From the sequence record PP886230: a DNA stretch of 64,000 bases. One strand, 5' to 3'. The notes under the pieces are model-generated. The model saw only the letters and a list, made by a program, of their open reading frames with translations, searched no databases and was not told the DNA's origin. This DNA comes from Escherichia phage vB_EcoM_E9.1. Positions 1-9,785 of this stretch are shown here, one piece after another (positions within the stretch are counted from its first letter, which is position 1; each line of letters begins with the position of its first letter). Both the position numbers and the translations under genes were made by a program.

Positions 1-25
1 CAAAGATACATACATTCTTAAATCA

Positions 26-343
26 ATGTCACCTATTACCGTGTTTCCTGAGAACCTATTCACTACATTAAAGAATAGTTTTATTGTGGGTGATATTGAT
101 GCATTCAAGTATTTTGACAAAGGTGCAAAACATTTTGAAATTCAATGTCTTAGTACTGCACTATGTGAACTCATTAAAATTTACATAAAAGAGTATTTGG
201 GTATTGACAATGTACGTGTACCAGAGTATACTTTTTCTATTGAATTCGATTGTGAATCAATCAAAGAGTTTGGAATTCTTTTCAATAAACAAATAGAACT
301 TGCAATTCAAAACGAAATCAAGTACTATACTACTAACATTTAA
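26..343 (+). CDS. hypothetical protein (105 aa)
   Basis: ATG ORF from track, compact plus-strand gene block. Confidence 0.5.
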   Translation: MSPITVFPENLFTTLKNSFIVGDIDAFKYFDKGAKHFEIQCLSTALCELIKIYIKEYLGIDNVRVPEYTFSIEFDCESIKEFGILFNKQIELAIQNEIKYYTTNI

Positions 344-358
344 TCAGAGGAAATTATC

Positions 359-541
359 ATGCAAATTATCATTCTTATCGTTGGCATCATGCTGGGTGTT
401 TACGGTCACTCCTGGATGAACGAGAAGTTTCCTAATACGCGTCCTGAGTATTGCAGTACTAATGTATTCCAGAATGGTGAGAAACCAAAGGAAAGCATTG
501 GTAAAAAGCTGGATAAAGTACTTGATGTGATCAATGAATAA
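359..541 (+). CDS. small membrane protein (60 aa)
   Basis: RBS-like agaggaaa upstream; hydrophobic N-terminal segment. Confidence 0.5.
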   Translation: MQIIILIVGIMLGVYGHSWMNEKFPNTRPEYCSTNVFQNGEKPKESIGKKLDKVLDVINE

Positions 542-752
542 GGGCCATAAAATGTTTAAACCGAATTCCAATGTTGGTAAGAAAGTTCAATTACTTGAAG
601 ATGTATCCACCATGAGTGGAATTTTCCCAAGAGGTCACATCATGACTATTATTGCCGAAACATCCCGTGGGTGGGATTTGGAAGATGCTGATGGTAATCG
701 CATCCTTGAGGCTGGATTCTATGGTCATCGTGAATATAAAATCGTTGATTAA
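534..752 (+). CDS. hypothetical protein (alt start 552)
   Basis: ORF overlapping upstream stop (ATGA-type coupling). Confidence 0.45.
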   Translation: MNKGHKMFKPNSNVGKKVQLLEDVSTMSGIFPRGHIMTIIAETSRGWDLEDADGNRILEAGFYGHREYKIVD

Positions 753-848
753 GGATACAACATGACTTTAGAGATTGTCTTTGGTATTGTTAGCTTAGTC
801 GTCTGTGTGGGTTGGTTTGGGTATCTGATGATTTTTGGTGATTAATAC

Positions 849-876
849 TTGACATAAGATATCAGTACTGTATAAT
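849..876 (+). promoter_or_regulatory. sigma70-type promoter, extended -10
   Basis: TTGACA - 16 nt (ending cagtactg) - TATAAT. Confidence 0.6.
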
Positions 877-906
877 GTTTATATCAAACGAAATCCACTT
901 TAACAA

Positions 907-1200
907 ATGATAGGAAATATTATGTCTTTTTCTAAAGAAGAACGTGACCTTATTAAAAAAGCAATTTGGTTTTATGCTAATGAAGGGAAGTGCGATGAAG
1001 AAAAAGCACGTGAACTGTGTAATATTCTTGAGAAGAAACAAGAACTGAAAGTGTATCGTATCCGTGATTTGGATGAAGGAGATCGTATTGTCCTAGCTGA
1101 AACAAAAGAAGAAGCAGAACAAATCTTCACTGATAAAAACGAAAATCCACATTGGATGGAAGAAGTCTGTGATGTTAAAAAAGGTACTTATATCGATTGA
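907..1200 (+). CDS. hypothetical protein (alt start 922)
   Basis: ORF downstream of consensus promoter at 849-876. Confidence 0.5.
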   Translation: MIGNIMSFSKEERDLIKKAIWFYANEGKCDEEKARELCNILEKKQELKVYRIRDLDEGDRIVLAETKEEAEQIFTDKNENPHWMEEVCDVKKGTYID

Positions 1201-1234
1201 CAGTACTGAATAATAGCAGTATTATGTTTTATAT

Positions 1235-1298
1235 AAAAGGGAATGCAGTGAAAGGAAAGACAGCATAATCGTACTCGTCACTGCGTTCCCGCCCTTTT
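1235..1298 (+). terminator. long inverted repeat, terminator candidate
   Basis: aaaagggaatgcagtga ... tcactgcgttcccgccctttt. Confidence 0.4.
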
Positions 1299-1319
1299 AA
1301 ATTAAATGAGGAATTAACT

Positions 1320-1628
1320 ATGTTTCAAACTAACACTCAAGGTTTTGTAATCATCGATTTGAATCAAAACAGCGGTCATTGGATGAAACCTACTGACGCA
1401 TGTATGCAGTTTGATTTCTTAGGTTACAAAATTAGTGTAAGTACTGGTGCTTCTGTACTGAGAGGTGGTTGTATCGTTGAACATCTGGTAACTGATCCAG
1501 AAGGTCGTGAGTATGAAATCGCAGGTTCAGTACAAGATGCCATTATGTTTGTATGTCAGCGTGAAATGAATGGTTCGAATTCAAATGCACTGACTCATGC
1601 TCTTTCTCAAGAAGTGGAGGTTCGTTAA
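1320..1628 (+). CDS. hypothetical protein (102 aa)
   Basis: RBS gaggaa 8 nt upstream of ATG. Confidence 0.55.
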   Translation: MFQTNTQGFVIIDLNQNSGHWMKPTDACMQFDFLGYKISVSTGASVLRGGCIVEHLVTDPEGREYEIAGSVQDAIMFVCQREMNGSNSNALTHALSQEVEVR

Positions 1629-1873
1629 TGAAATACATTGTAGCAGTACTCGTCGCATTTCTACTCACTGCATGTGATGCTTCTACCAAAGAACGTACAA
1701 GTGATTTTGTTCTACCTGCTGAATTAAAAGAAGCAGGGTGTAAGATTTATCGTATGCAACAAGATGGTGCTGGTGCGACTTTATACACTGTGTACTGTCC
1801 TAATGCAAATACAAGTACTGGATACACTAGCGGTAAAACACGAATCAACACTTCCGTAATTCATGGAGAATAA
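1628..1873 (+). CDS. putative lipoprotein
   Basis: signal peptide with lipobox-like LLTAC. Confidence 0.55.
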   Translation: MKYIVAVLVAFLLTACDASTKERTSDFVLPAELKEAGCKIYRMQQDGAGATLYTVYCPNANTSTGYTSGKTRINTSVIHGE

Positions 1874-1875
1874 CA

Positions 1876-2244
1876 ATGAGCCTTGATACAACACGTGCAG
1901 CAGATTTATTAACTCGTCTGAATGATGAAGAATATCTTGCTGAGATAAAGTACAAGCTTGACAAACTTGTTCGAAGTGCTGAAGTAATTGAAGTTGAAGG
2001 TCACTTACCGATGGATCAATACCATAGGTTCAAGGAAGATATGGTTTATTATCCTAATGAAATTTGGATTGAGTGGCAACATTGGACTAACAAAACTCTT
2101 CGCATTGAAGGGTATTGTGTGAAGTATGAAAGTTCACCTGGTGATGTTACAAAAACTCTATCAATTTGGTGTACAAAAACAAATGAACTCGTTGAGGTGA
2201 ATTTGAATTATATGAATGGATTCCGTTGGGGTGATGTTAAATGA
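1876..2244 (+). CDS. hypothetical protein (122 aa)
   Basis: ORF, tightly packed with neighbours. Confidence 0.5.
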   Translation: MSLDTTRAADLLTRLNDEEYLAEIKYKLDKLVRSAEVIEVEGHLPMDQYHRFKEDMVYYPNEIWIEWQHWTNKTLRIEGYCVKYESSPGDVTKTLSIWCTKTNELVEVNLNYMNGFRWGDVK

Positions 2245-2516
2245 TTAAAAAACTCTTGACTGGAATCATTGTGTGCAGTACAATGTTTCTTACAGCATGT
2301 AATGATGACGGCAGGTTTAGTGCAAAAGACTTAGTTCGTCAGGATTGTACATTCACAGGTAAGTCTTTTATTAACGAGTATGAAATATGTACACAATCAG
2401 GTCGTATCTGTGGTGGTTGGGAAAAACGACAGGAGCGATTGTATGTATATGAATGCCCTGGACATCACAACAAAGTACTAAGCACACACAAACTTGTTTA
2501 TGATAAGGTTGAATAA
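2241..2516 (+). CDS. putative lipoprotein, Cys-rich
   Basis: signal peptide with lipobox-like FLTAC; start overlaps upstream stop. Confidence 0.55.
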   Translation: MIKKLLTGIIVCSTMFLTACNDDGRFSAKDLVRQDCTFTGKSFINEYEICTQSGRICGGWEKRQERLYVYECPGHHNKVLSTHKLVYDKVE

Positions 2517-2731
2517 TGACTACCAATGAAATGATGCAGGTTATTTGGGATAAAGGTTGTGATATTAAAATCACTAGTACTGATGTTCGTGTATTCAAAA
2601 CTGAATATATGGAGTACTTGGACCTTGATACTTATAATAATATTGTATCAATTGAACACAAAGGTGCAGTACTGGAAACCATTGACGTAGTACTCAAGAA
2701 AGCTACCGACCTATTAGGAGTGGCAGTGTGA
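2516..2731 (+). CDS. hypothetical protein (71 aa)
   Basis: ORF with start overlapping upstream stop. Confidence 0.5.
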   Translation: MTTNEMMQVIWDKGCDIKITSTDVRVFKTEYMEYLDLDTYNNIVSIEHKGAVLETIDVVLKKATDLLGVAV

Positions 2732-2884
2732 ATAACAAAGAGTGGGAAGATTACCGCAAGAAGTGCAGGGAGTTTGATAAAGAACTTACTGGTACAGTGA
2801 ATGCAGTAATGTGGGTATCTGTAATTATTGCAGTTCTTGCGTTGGGTGCTATTATTATTAATAAATTATTCTAAGGCGAATATC

Positions 2885-3085
2885 ATGTTTACTTTATATC
2901 TCGCAGTAGTTCTCACCAATGGTGAAATCACTCGTACTATTGGTGAAGGTGTATATAAAACACCAGACCAGTGCTACTCTGCCACTCATTGGCCTCGCGA
3001 TAGTGGGGATGAAACTCGCACTGAATTCAAATGCATGAAAGTAAAAGGTGATTTTGTTAACCTTAAGGTTATCGAGGCGAAATAA
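2885..3085 (+). CDS. small secreted/membrane protein
   Basis: in-frame ATG (MFTLYLAVV) within track ORF 2828-3085; hydrophobic N-terminus. Confidence 0.45.
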   Translation: MFTLYLAVVLTNGEITRTIGEGVYKTPDQCYSATHWPRDSGDETRTEFKCMKVKGDFVNLKVIEAK

Positions 3086-3603
3086 TGGATATTAATGAGT
3101 TGTTGAAATTAGTGTTTAATCGTGAACGCCGCGATACAAGACCAATTGAATATCAAGATGTGATACGCATTGAAACTGATTTCTGTTATGGTAAAACAAC
3201 TCATGACCTTTTGAATCTCTCTGGAAAACGCTATGCTGATGTTTGTTTTTCAGAGAGAAGTGATGGTTCAGAAATAACGAGTACTGATATTGTTTGTTAC
3301 GCACGCAGTGCTGATAAATCTTATGAAATAGAACTTATATATTCCCCTAGTTCTAAAACAAATCATCACCGCCATATTTTATATGATGTTTATACACCAC
3401 CTGGTATTGCTGAATATTTTGTTATTGATTATAGTACTGAAGAAAATGTGTTTCAACAAAGTTTGATTCATAACTTTGAGGTGAATGATCCATTAGTACC
3501 AAAGTTGTTCAAACTACTTGACACCATAGATGTTGATTTTGAATTTGTTATGTGCATTAGAACTTCTTTATTCAATGAATTCATGGAACTTTTTAATATA
3601 TGA
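3085..3603 (+). CDS. hypothetical protein (172 aa)
   Basis: ORF; start overlaps upstream stop. Confidence 0.55.
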   Translation: MDINELLKLVFNRERRDTRPIEYQDVIRIETDFCYGKTTHDLLNLSGKRYADVCFSERSDGSEITSTDIVCYARSADKSYEIELIYSPSSKTNHHRHILYDVYTPPGIAEYFVIDYSTEENVFQQSLIHNFEVNDPLVPKLFKLLDTIDVDFEFVMCIRTSLFNEFMELFNI

Positions 3604-3821
3604 ATAGATACTATGTTGTGTATGAACACGTCTCTGAATTTAATAACATACGCGGGTTTTCCAGAGTAGTCACCAAGATGGATGTATTCATTCGTGCTCT
3701 TAGTGAAGTAGATGCACTGTTTAAATTGTTTGATGAAATTACAAAGTATAACACACCTAAAACACACCGCTATGTGGAAACTGTACATAGCATTATGCTA
3801 ACTGAAAGTGATGAGGAATGA
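3600..3821 (+). CDS. hypothetical protein (73 aa)
   Basis: ORF, overlapping start/stop. Confidence 0.5.
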   Translation: MNRYYVVYEHVSEFNNIRGFSRVVTKMDVFIRALSEVDALFKLFDEITKYNTPKTHRYVETVHSIMLTESDEE

Positions 3822-3824
3822 TAA

Positions 3825-4043
3825 ATGAATTTATATCTAGTTGAAGGTTTAGTACAAGTCTATAAACCAGAAGGTGAAGGTCAACGTTTTTCACACGTAG
3901 AAGAATTTAAGTACGTTGTACAGGCTGATGGTCAGTACGATGCGGAAATTCAAGTAGATGAATCATTCCGTAAGAAAAATGAAATTGGTAAATTTCAATA
4001 CCAGAACTTACAATATAAAGTATGGCCTAGTATAAATGACTAA
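3825..4043 (+). CDS. hypothetical protein (72 aa)
   Basis: ORF. Confidence 0.5.
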   Translation: MNLYLVEGLVQVYKPEGEGQRFSHVEEFKYVVQADGQYDAEIQVDESFRKKNEIGKFQYQNLQYKVWPSIND

Positions 4044-4251
4044 GATGTGGTGGTGTCATGGTGTATATAACGTGTATGTAAATGGTAGATATAAAATGTC
4101 TAGTACCTATGCAAGACGTGTTAATGCGAACAACCAAGTTGATGCTGCTTGTGAGATCATTGAGTGGTATGCTGAGTTCAATGCACCTGACTATATGTAC
4201 GAAATAGTTACAATAAATGTTGTACAAATCGATACATCTTTGATACAATAA
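4036..4251 (+). CDS. hypothetical protein (71 aa)
   Basis: ORF. Confidence 0.45.
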   Translation: MTKMWWCHGVYNVYVNGRYKMSSTYARRVNANNQVDAACEIIEWYAEFNAPDYMYEIVTINVVQIDTSLIQ

Positions 4252-4283
4252 CCACATCAAAAAAATTGCATCTGAGGATACTT

Positions 4284-4946
4284 ATGTTAGTTAATCTTAA
4301 TTTCATCACTTCACCTGACTGGGCATTACGTGGAGTTTCTTTAAACTTCAAGGAAACTATGTTTGACTACATTGGTGAGTGTACATTGGTAAATGCAACT
4401 TTTGATCCAAATCATCCGTTTTGGGCTGAAATTCATGATCCAAATGTAAACAACAATACATCTGTTATGACTATTGTCCAGACTAAACATGCAGGTATCC
4501 TTGCAGGTTATCGACCTGCACATGCAATTGAACACTTCACTGATTACGATGTCGTGGATGAATACCCAATGATCCATGAAGATGGAAGTCTATACACATC
4601 TGAAGACTTCCGTGCTATCTTTAATAGTACTGATGATATTCTACCAAGTGGACGTCCACGTCCTGAGTCTTATCTTATGCATCCATCTTATGGTGTAGCA
4701 GATACGCTTGAACAGATTATGAATAAGTACAAGAACCTAATTGAAGGTCCAGAAGAAATTGTCCTGTGCTATCACCCAGTACTGAAGTCTGAACAACCAA
4801 AGGATGGTGGATGGCGTTGGCATAAGAATGGTGAGTATATCGGTACTAAACGAAGTAAAGAACGTTTTGAGTACTTGTATGATGAGCCAGATGTTGATGT
4901 GGTTTTGTGTTATAATTTTATTAAGGTGAAAAAGAAATGTATCTAG
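4284..4946 (+). CDS. hypothetical protein (~220 aa)
   Basis: ATG with GAGGA RBS; track ORF begins at an upstream TTG. Confidence 0.55.
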   Translation: MLVNLNFITSPDWALRGVSLNFKETMFDYIGECTLVNATFDPNHPFWAEIHDPNVNNNTSVMTIVQTKHAGILAGYRPAHAIEHFTDYDVVDEYPMIHEDGSLYTSEDFRAIFNSTDDILPSGRPRPESYLMHPSYGVADTLEQIMNKYKNLIEGPEEIVLCYHPVLKSEQPKDGGWRWHKNGEYIGTKRSKERFEYLYDEPDVDVVLCYNFIKVKKKCI

Positions 4947-5179
4947 TACTAAGTTTTGTTGTTGCACTATTGTTTATGTTCTATCCTACACTAGTGGCAT
5001 TAGCCACTAGGCGAACGATGGTAGATCTCACTACTGTATTCTTGCTAAACGTGGCATTAGTACTGGTGTCTATTATCATTCCAGTGAGCTTTACAGTTAT
5101 TGATATTATTTCGGTATTACTCTTCGTGTTAAGTTATCTTATGCTTATTGAAGAAACAAATGTTGACAAACGTTCGTAG
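4937..5179 (+). CDS. small membrane protein
   Basis: two hydrophobic helices. Confidence 0.5.
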   Translation: MYLVLSFVVALLFMFYPTLVALATRRTMVDLTTVFLLNVALVLVSIIIPVSFTVIDIISVLLFVLSYLMLIEETNVDKRS

Positions 5180-5190
5180 TACTGTATAAT
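5163..5190 (+). promoter_or_regulatory. sigma70-type promoter, extended -10
   Basis: TTGACA - 16 nt (ending tagtactg) - TATAAT. Confidence 0.6.
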
Positions 5191-5237
5191 GGTTCCTGTA
5201 GTCTGAAACTTAACACTTAAACTTGAGGTAAAAAAAT

Positions 5238-5564
5238 ATGCTATCAGTACTAATTTCAATTCCGTCTTTAATTCTGATTTGGCTTCTGGTTTACGAATGC
5301 TTTATTACTGATGATAATGATAAAAAAGAGTTCTCTGAGTTGTTTATGCTTGATTCACCGATTGTGCGTATTTTCTATACAGTCGTTGTGGTTTCAGTAA
5401 TTGTATGGATTTTGAGTTTTATCTTCCCACTCGGTGCAGTAGTTAAAACTTTGGATTTAGTTGAGAACTTTGTTGCAATTATGTGGCTAATCAAAGCACT
5501 ATTTGCAGGAAATGTTAAAATTTGGATTGATATTATCAAATTCAAGTTCACGAATAAGATGTAA
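5238..5564 (+). CDS. membrane protein (108 aa)
   Basis: multiple hydrophobic segments; promoter at 5163-5190 upstream. Confidence 0.55.
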   Translation: MLSVLISIPSLILIWLLVYECFITDDNDKKEFSELFMLDSPIVRIFYTVVVVSVIVWILSFIFPLGAVVKTLDLVENFVAIMWLIKALFAGNVKIWIDIIKFKFTNKM

Positions 5565-5588
5565 CAGTGAAAATATCTCTATAGTATT

Positions 5589-5624
5589 AAATACTTCTGT
5601 ACATATATATAGTACAGAAGTATT
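5589..5624 (+). terminator. 13-bp perfect inverted repeat hairpin
   Basis: aatacttctgtac-atatatata-gtacagaagtatt. Confidence 0.45.
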
Positions 5625-5642
5625 TCTCGTTAGAGGTTTGTT

Positions 5643-6002
5643 ATGAAGAGTTATATAAAATTAATAGCACTTGTGTGTGCATTATTTTCATGTTTTAGTT
5701 ATGGTGCAGCAGCAGAAACATATTGTCGTAGTACTAAGGGAACGTGGCATGTATTGACTAACGACCCTAGAAATGGTAAAAATATAGTTGTTGATGGTGT
5801 GATTTATCGTTTTAAAGTAGAAAGTATTATCGGTAATAAAAAAATCTCGACTTATAGAGATGATTCTGGTACATTAGCAAACGTAATATTAATTGTAGAC
5901 CCAAGAACTGGTAATGGTGATATCTATATAGTAATTTACTTGGACTCATCGGTACGCCGTGACCTAGATATAGATAAATTGAACTTACACTGTGAAATAT
6001 AG
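5643..6002 (+). CDS. secreted protein (signal peptide)
   Basis: N-terminal signal-like MKSYIKLIALVCALFSCFSYGAAA. Confidence 0.55.
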   Translation: MKSYIKLIALVCALFSCFSYGAAAETYCRSTKGTWHVLTNDPRNGKNIVVDGVIYRFKVESIIGNKKISTYRDDSGTLANVILIVDPRTGNGDIYIVIYLDSSVRRDLDIDKLNLHCEI

Positions 6003-6013
6003 GACTTAAAAAA

Positions 6014-6391
6014 ATGGTAAACACTATTTTACTTTTGTTGTTGAATATTCCAATTATTCTGTCTTTTTTAATTTCTATTTTTATGGCAGGATATTGTTTA
6101 GTTGCAGTAATTCATTTCATTTTAACAAACAAATATGTCCTAATTTCTAAGCTTGATTCTATTTTTGCTTGCGATTCGATTGCTTATAACTTGTGGTTAA
6201 TTTGTTCTTGCATTATGGGAGTAACTTTCCTTCTGTATGTATTTGATGTCCTTGACCAAAAGTTCGTATACATCAGTACTGGATTGGCTCTTTATCCTGC
6301 TACGTGGTACTTGATTTACGTTGGTGATATATGGTATAGTACTTATAAAGAATATCAGTACAAGAAATCACTTAACGTTGGAGGAAAATAA
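6014..6391 (+). CDS. membrane protein (125 aa)
   Basis: several hydrophobic helices. Confidence 0.5.
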   Translation: MVNTILLLLLNIPIILSFLISIFMAGYCLVAVIHFILTNKYVLISKLDSIFACDSIAYNLWLICSCIMGVTFLLYVFDVLDQKFVYISTGLALYPATWYLIYVGDIWYSTYKEYQYKKSLNVGGK

Positions 6392-6393
6392 TC

Positions 6394-6744
6394 ATGAAAA
6401 TTATTTTATTTTTTGTATGTATGTTAATGTGTGGATTGTCATATGCTGAACCATTGGAAGGTTTAGTTTGTACAGATGGTAATATTAAACATATCTATCA
6501 AGGTGATAGTGACGATCGAGATATTGTATATATTGATGGACAATCATATACGTTTGTTAAAGAGCATACAGTAGGCGACATTAGCTTCACTGAGTTTTCT
6601 AACGACACAGACCCTAACTTCTTAGCGTTTATTGAAGTAGATGTATATGAAGATAGTAATGGCACACAATATGCTAAATTAGTTATGATGCGTCGTGGTG
6701 CTAAAGAAACTAGTTTTGGTGGCTTGTGTAAATATAAGGATTGA
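6394..6744 (+). CDS. secreted protein (signal peptide)
   Basis: RBS ggagg; signal-like N-terminus. Confidence 0.55.
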   Translation: MKIILFFVCMLMCGLSYAEPLEGLVCTDGNIKHIYQGDSDDRDIVYIDGQSYTFVKEHTVGDISFTEFSNDTDPNFLAFIEVDVYEDSNGTQYAKLVMMRRGAKETSFGGLCKYKD

Positions 6745-6748
6745 TATT

Positions 6749-6940
6749 ATGTTGATTTATCAAAGTGATAATATTCGTGTTATGCAGCATCCCTACTTAC
6801 AAATCTTTGATGTGCAGCAGTATATGGAAGGTGATGACCCAAGAACCTATGGTCGTAAGTATGATTACTTCACTGTAAAGCAGTGTAAAAATATTAACGA
6901 AGTACGACAATTAGTTCAAGAACTTCAAAACAAAGGTTGA
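6749..6940 (+). CDS. hypothetical protein (63 aa)
   Basis: in-frame ATG with aagga RBS inside track ORF 6695-6940. Confidence 0.45.
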   Translation: MLIYQSDNIRVMQHPYLQIFDVQQYMEGDDPRTYGRKYDYFTVKQCKNINEVRQLVQELQNKG

Positions 6941-6966
6941 CTTCGGTCAGCCTTTTTTGTTATAAT
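6932..6966 (+). terminator. terminator/promoter hybrid element
   Basis: aaaGGTTGACttcgGTCAGCCtttttt hairpin with TTGACT in 5' arm, TATAAT ~18 nt downstream. Confidence 0.6.
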
Positions 6967-6994
6967 TCTCTTAATAAATTAGAGGATTTTAATT

Positions 6995-7435
6995 ATGTAT
7001 GTATATCGTTTTGAACTTAAATTTAGTTACATTGAACCTAACTTAGATCCTGCACGAACTGTAGGTCCGTTTGCACGGTATTCAACTAGATACAGTACTA
7101 AAAATGGATTTGACCGTTTGCTTATGACTACACCTTCTCAATTCCAACCTGAACCAACTGAGGATGGGATCTATTCAATCAAAAGTGGATGGGTATTTGG
7201 CTGTCAAAGTTTGAAAGATTTGTTCAGATTCTTCACTATGGACTTGGGTAAATTGCATCGTGCTGGGTTTGCTATATCTGTATATGAAGTTCCAGACCAC
7301 CATGTAGACATTGGTCGTAATCAGGTTCAGTACTATTGCGGTAGTGCTAAATTAGTTCGTATCATGTCAGTTAAGGAAGCAAAGGATGAGTTCCGACAAA
7401 GTAAAAGAGAAACACATGAGGTAATATATGGATAA
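6995..7435 (+). CDS. hypothetical protein (146 aa)
   Basis: ORF after terminator/promoter element at ~6932-6966. Confidence 0.55.
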   Translation: MYVYRFELKFSYIEPNLDPARTVGPFARYSTRYSTKNGFDRLLMTTPSQFQPEPTEDGIYSIKSGWVFGCQSLKDLFRFFTMDLGKLHRAGFAISVYEVPDHHVDIGRNQVQYYCGSAKLVRIMSVKEAKDEFRQSKRETHEVIYG

Positions 7436-7772
7436 AACTCAAATAGAATTAAAGAAATTTGTTTCATTCTATTTTCCTGATGACCCACGTAATTCACAAA
7501 AAGATATTGAATATTATAATATCCTATCTAAACAGTTAATGAGAAAGTTTCAACAGTGTTTAACTATATTCAATACAGATGGAAGACGTAGATACCGAAT
7601 CGTTTCAATGAATGATGAAAACGCAAATTTCTTTGATTACGATGTAGTTTTTAGAGCATATAATGATGATCGTATAAAATTAAATTATGATCAAATTATA
7701 CTTGACCTGAATGTTATATGTGTTATAATCACTCACGTAGCCGAACTTAATGGTTTTAAAGAATGGTATTGA
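7428..7772 (+). CDS. hypothetical protein (114 aa)
   Basis: ORF. Confidence 0.5.
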   Translation: MDKTQIELKKFVSFYFPDDPRNSQKDIEYYNILSKQLMRKFQQCLTIFNTDGRRRYRIVSMNDENANFFDYDVVFRAYNDDRIKLNYDQIILDLNVICVIITHVAELNGFKEWY

Positions 7773-7786
7773 ATAGAGGATAACAT

Positions 7787-8053
7787 ATGAAGCTTAAATT
7801 ACAATATAATGGATTTACTTTACGTAATGATACTGAATTTATTAATCGTTCTCCTGGTGCTGAACTGTTTTTACGAGAGATGAACATTCCTTTCATCATT
7901 ACTACAGTGGGCGACCGTGAAGTTCTACAATATGCAGAGCATCCGATTATTGATGTTCCTTGGTACTCTGAGCATATGTACATGGATATGGCACGTCGCT
8001 ACAACTGTAAGTTCGTAGTTGAAGGTGATAAAATTACAGTCGAATTTAAATAA
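7787..8053 (+). CDS. hypothetical protein (88 aa)
   Basis: RBS agagga. Confidence 0.55.
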   Translation: MKLKLQYNGFTLRNDTEFINRSPGAELFLREMNIPFIITTVGDREVLQYAEHPIIDVPWYSEHMYMDMARRYNCKFVVEGDKITVEFK

Positions 8054-8065
8054 GGTAAATTAAAA

Positions 8066-8359
8066 ATGATCAGTACTTCAGTTAATGAAAGCATCGTCGC
8101 TGACGTAGAAATGGTTAAAGAATGTGCAGATGAAACTCTTCGTGATATGTACATTAATGATTTAATTACTGAATACGGTAGTCGTGGTGTACACGAATTT
8201 ATTCGTTTAAGTGGAGAGTTGATGAAAAATCGAATTCGTATGAAGCTTAACGTACATCCAAAAGCATGGGCATTTACATTAAAATACGCAGAAGATATTG
8301 TGAATTTGCGTCGAACTGAAGTATATGAACGTTTGCACAATGGTATGTTAGATAAATGA
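8066..8359 (+). CDS. hypothetical protein (97 aa)
   Basis: ORF followed by terminator hairpin. Confidence 0.55.
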   Translation: MISTSVNESIVADVEMVKECADETLRDMYINDLITEYGSRGVHEFIRLSGELMKNRIRMKLNVHPKAWAFTLKYAEDIVNLRRTEVYERLHNGMLDK

Positions 8360-8364
8360 TTGTA

Positions 8365-8394
8365 AAAAAGGAATTCTTAAATGAATTCCTTTTT
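8365..8394 (+). terminator. intrinsic terminator
   Basis: aaaaaggaattc-ttaaat-gaattccttttt. Confidence 0.6.
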
Positions 8395-8411
8395 GTTTAT
8401 AAGGTATAGTA

Positions 8412-8633
8412 ATGAAATATATAGTACTTGTACTGATATTATTCAGTACTGTTGTAAGTGCTAAACAAAAAGAATATGTTAAATGTATAAATTATGAAGA
8501 GAAATATGTTGAAACATATAAAAAAAGTATAATTAAAAACGTTTCGATTACTAACAGAGCAACAATCATTGTACTTAAAAATGGGTTAATTATGCTATAT
8601 AAACCACACGTTAAATGTGAAATTATTAATTGA
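8412..8633 (+). CDS. small secreted protein
   Basis: signal-like N-terminus. Confidence 0.5.
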   Translation: MKYIVLVLILFSTVVSAKQKEYVKCINYEEKYVETYKKSIIKNVSITNRATIIVLKNGLIMLYKPHVKCEIIN

Positions 8634-8640
8634 GGAAATT

Positions 8641-9213
8641 ATGAATCGTAAAGGTCGTTTTAAAGTATCAAAAAAGAACAAAAGTTCTAGGTTTAAACCT
8701 ATTGTTTTAACAGTTAAATCTAACAAAGAATTAACTGCACTTAGTAAAAAGATAATTTCATCTAAGATTGAAGTATCATACGTAAATTCATTAAAATATA
8801 TGAATGTCAAACCACTGGACCAACTCATTTCACTTATATTTGAACGTAATGATTTTGAGATATCAGTAGATGATTATAGAGCCTATAATGCTGGTTTCAT
8901 TAATGTTACTTGTAATAAAAAACTAACTGAGTTGGAAAATTTGTCATGTATAATAAATCTAGATAAAGGTGTTGTGAAGTACCATTTTGTACATTTCACT
9001 AATATCAATAATGGAATGGGTGTACAATCCAGACCTATAGTGCCTACGTGTGATGTTACTAAATTAGCAAAGCTCAATGATGAAGAATATTTTCAAGAAA
9101 GCATTGTAACTGAGCATTTAGATGATATAATAGCTACTTACAAAGAATGCATATGGGTGTTGAATGCTATAAAACCTAAATTGTGTTTAATGAATATTGT
9201 TCGTGATTTATGA
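8641..9213 (+). CDS. hypothetical protein (~190 aa)
   Basis: ATG with gaggaaatt RBS inside track ORF 8617-9213. Confidence 0.5.
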   Translation: MNRKGRFKVSKKNKSSRFKPIVLTVKSNKELTALSKKIISSKIEVSYVNSLKYMNVKPLDQLISLIFERNDFEISVDDYRAYNAGFINVTCNKKLTELENLSCIINLDKGVVKYHFVHFTNINNGMGVQSRPIVPTCDVTKLAKLNDEEYFQESIVTEHLDDIIATYKECIWVLNAIKPKLCLMNIVRDL

Positions 9214-9226
9214 ATGGGGAATCGTA

Positions 9227-9670
9227 ATGAGTTGGGTAAATGTTAATAGTATTGAACTTAACGAACAAGATATTTTTGCATTTGTAAATTTAACTAATAA
9301 CACAGTACTAAAAGGGCGTTTGTTCAGTGCTAGTGATGGGTACAAATGGATCTCTTTGATGGATGATAGTGGTGTGATTTATAATGTAATGCAATTACCC
9401 CAATGGGTATATAGTAACACTGCTGACGATGTTCTTACCGCAGTTATGCGTGAGTTTGAAAAACTCCCAGGTGGTGATATCAAAAACAAAGTTTTTAATG
9501 CAGAACGTAAAAATTATACAGCACAGCAGTTGGAATCCCTTGCCATTGCTGCTTATCAAGCTGCTATTAAGAAGCCAGAGTGCGTTATTCTTAAGTATGT
9601 ACCAGACTTAAAACTTACGTTGGAAGACATGGATGCATTCATTTTTACATCTGAACTTGATCAGTACTAA
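9227..9670 (+). CDS. hypothetical protein
   Basis: internal ATG (MSWVNVN) of track ORF 9197-9670. Confidence 0.45.
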   Translation: MSWVNVNSIELNEQDIFAFVNLTNNTVLKGRLFSASDGYKWISLMDDSGVIYNVMQLPQWVYSNTADDVLTAVMREFEKLPGGDIKNKVFNAERKNYTAQQLESLAIAAYQAAIKKPECVILKYVPDLKLTLEDMDAFIFTSELDQY

Positions 9671-9677
9671 TTTAACT

Positions 9678-9733
9678 TTGGGACAACCATTCTTATTATG
9701 ATATAATGTTTTATGTCATTCGATATAAATGAC
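9678..9733 (+). promoter_or_regulatory. promoter plus 5' hairpin
   Basis: TATAAT followed by gttttatGTCATTcgatataaAATGAC stem-loop. Confidence 0.4.
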
Positions 9734-9785
9734 AACGGAACTATAAATATTATAGTAAAATTTATCTCTTATAGGAGTTATAAAA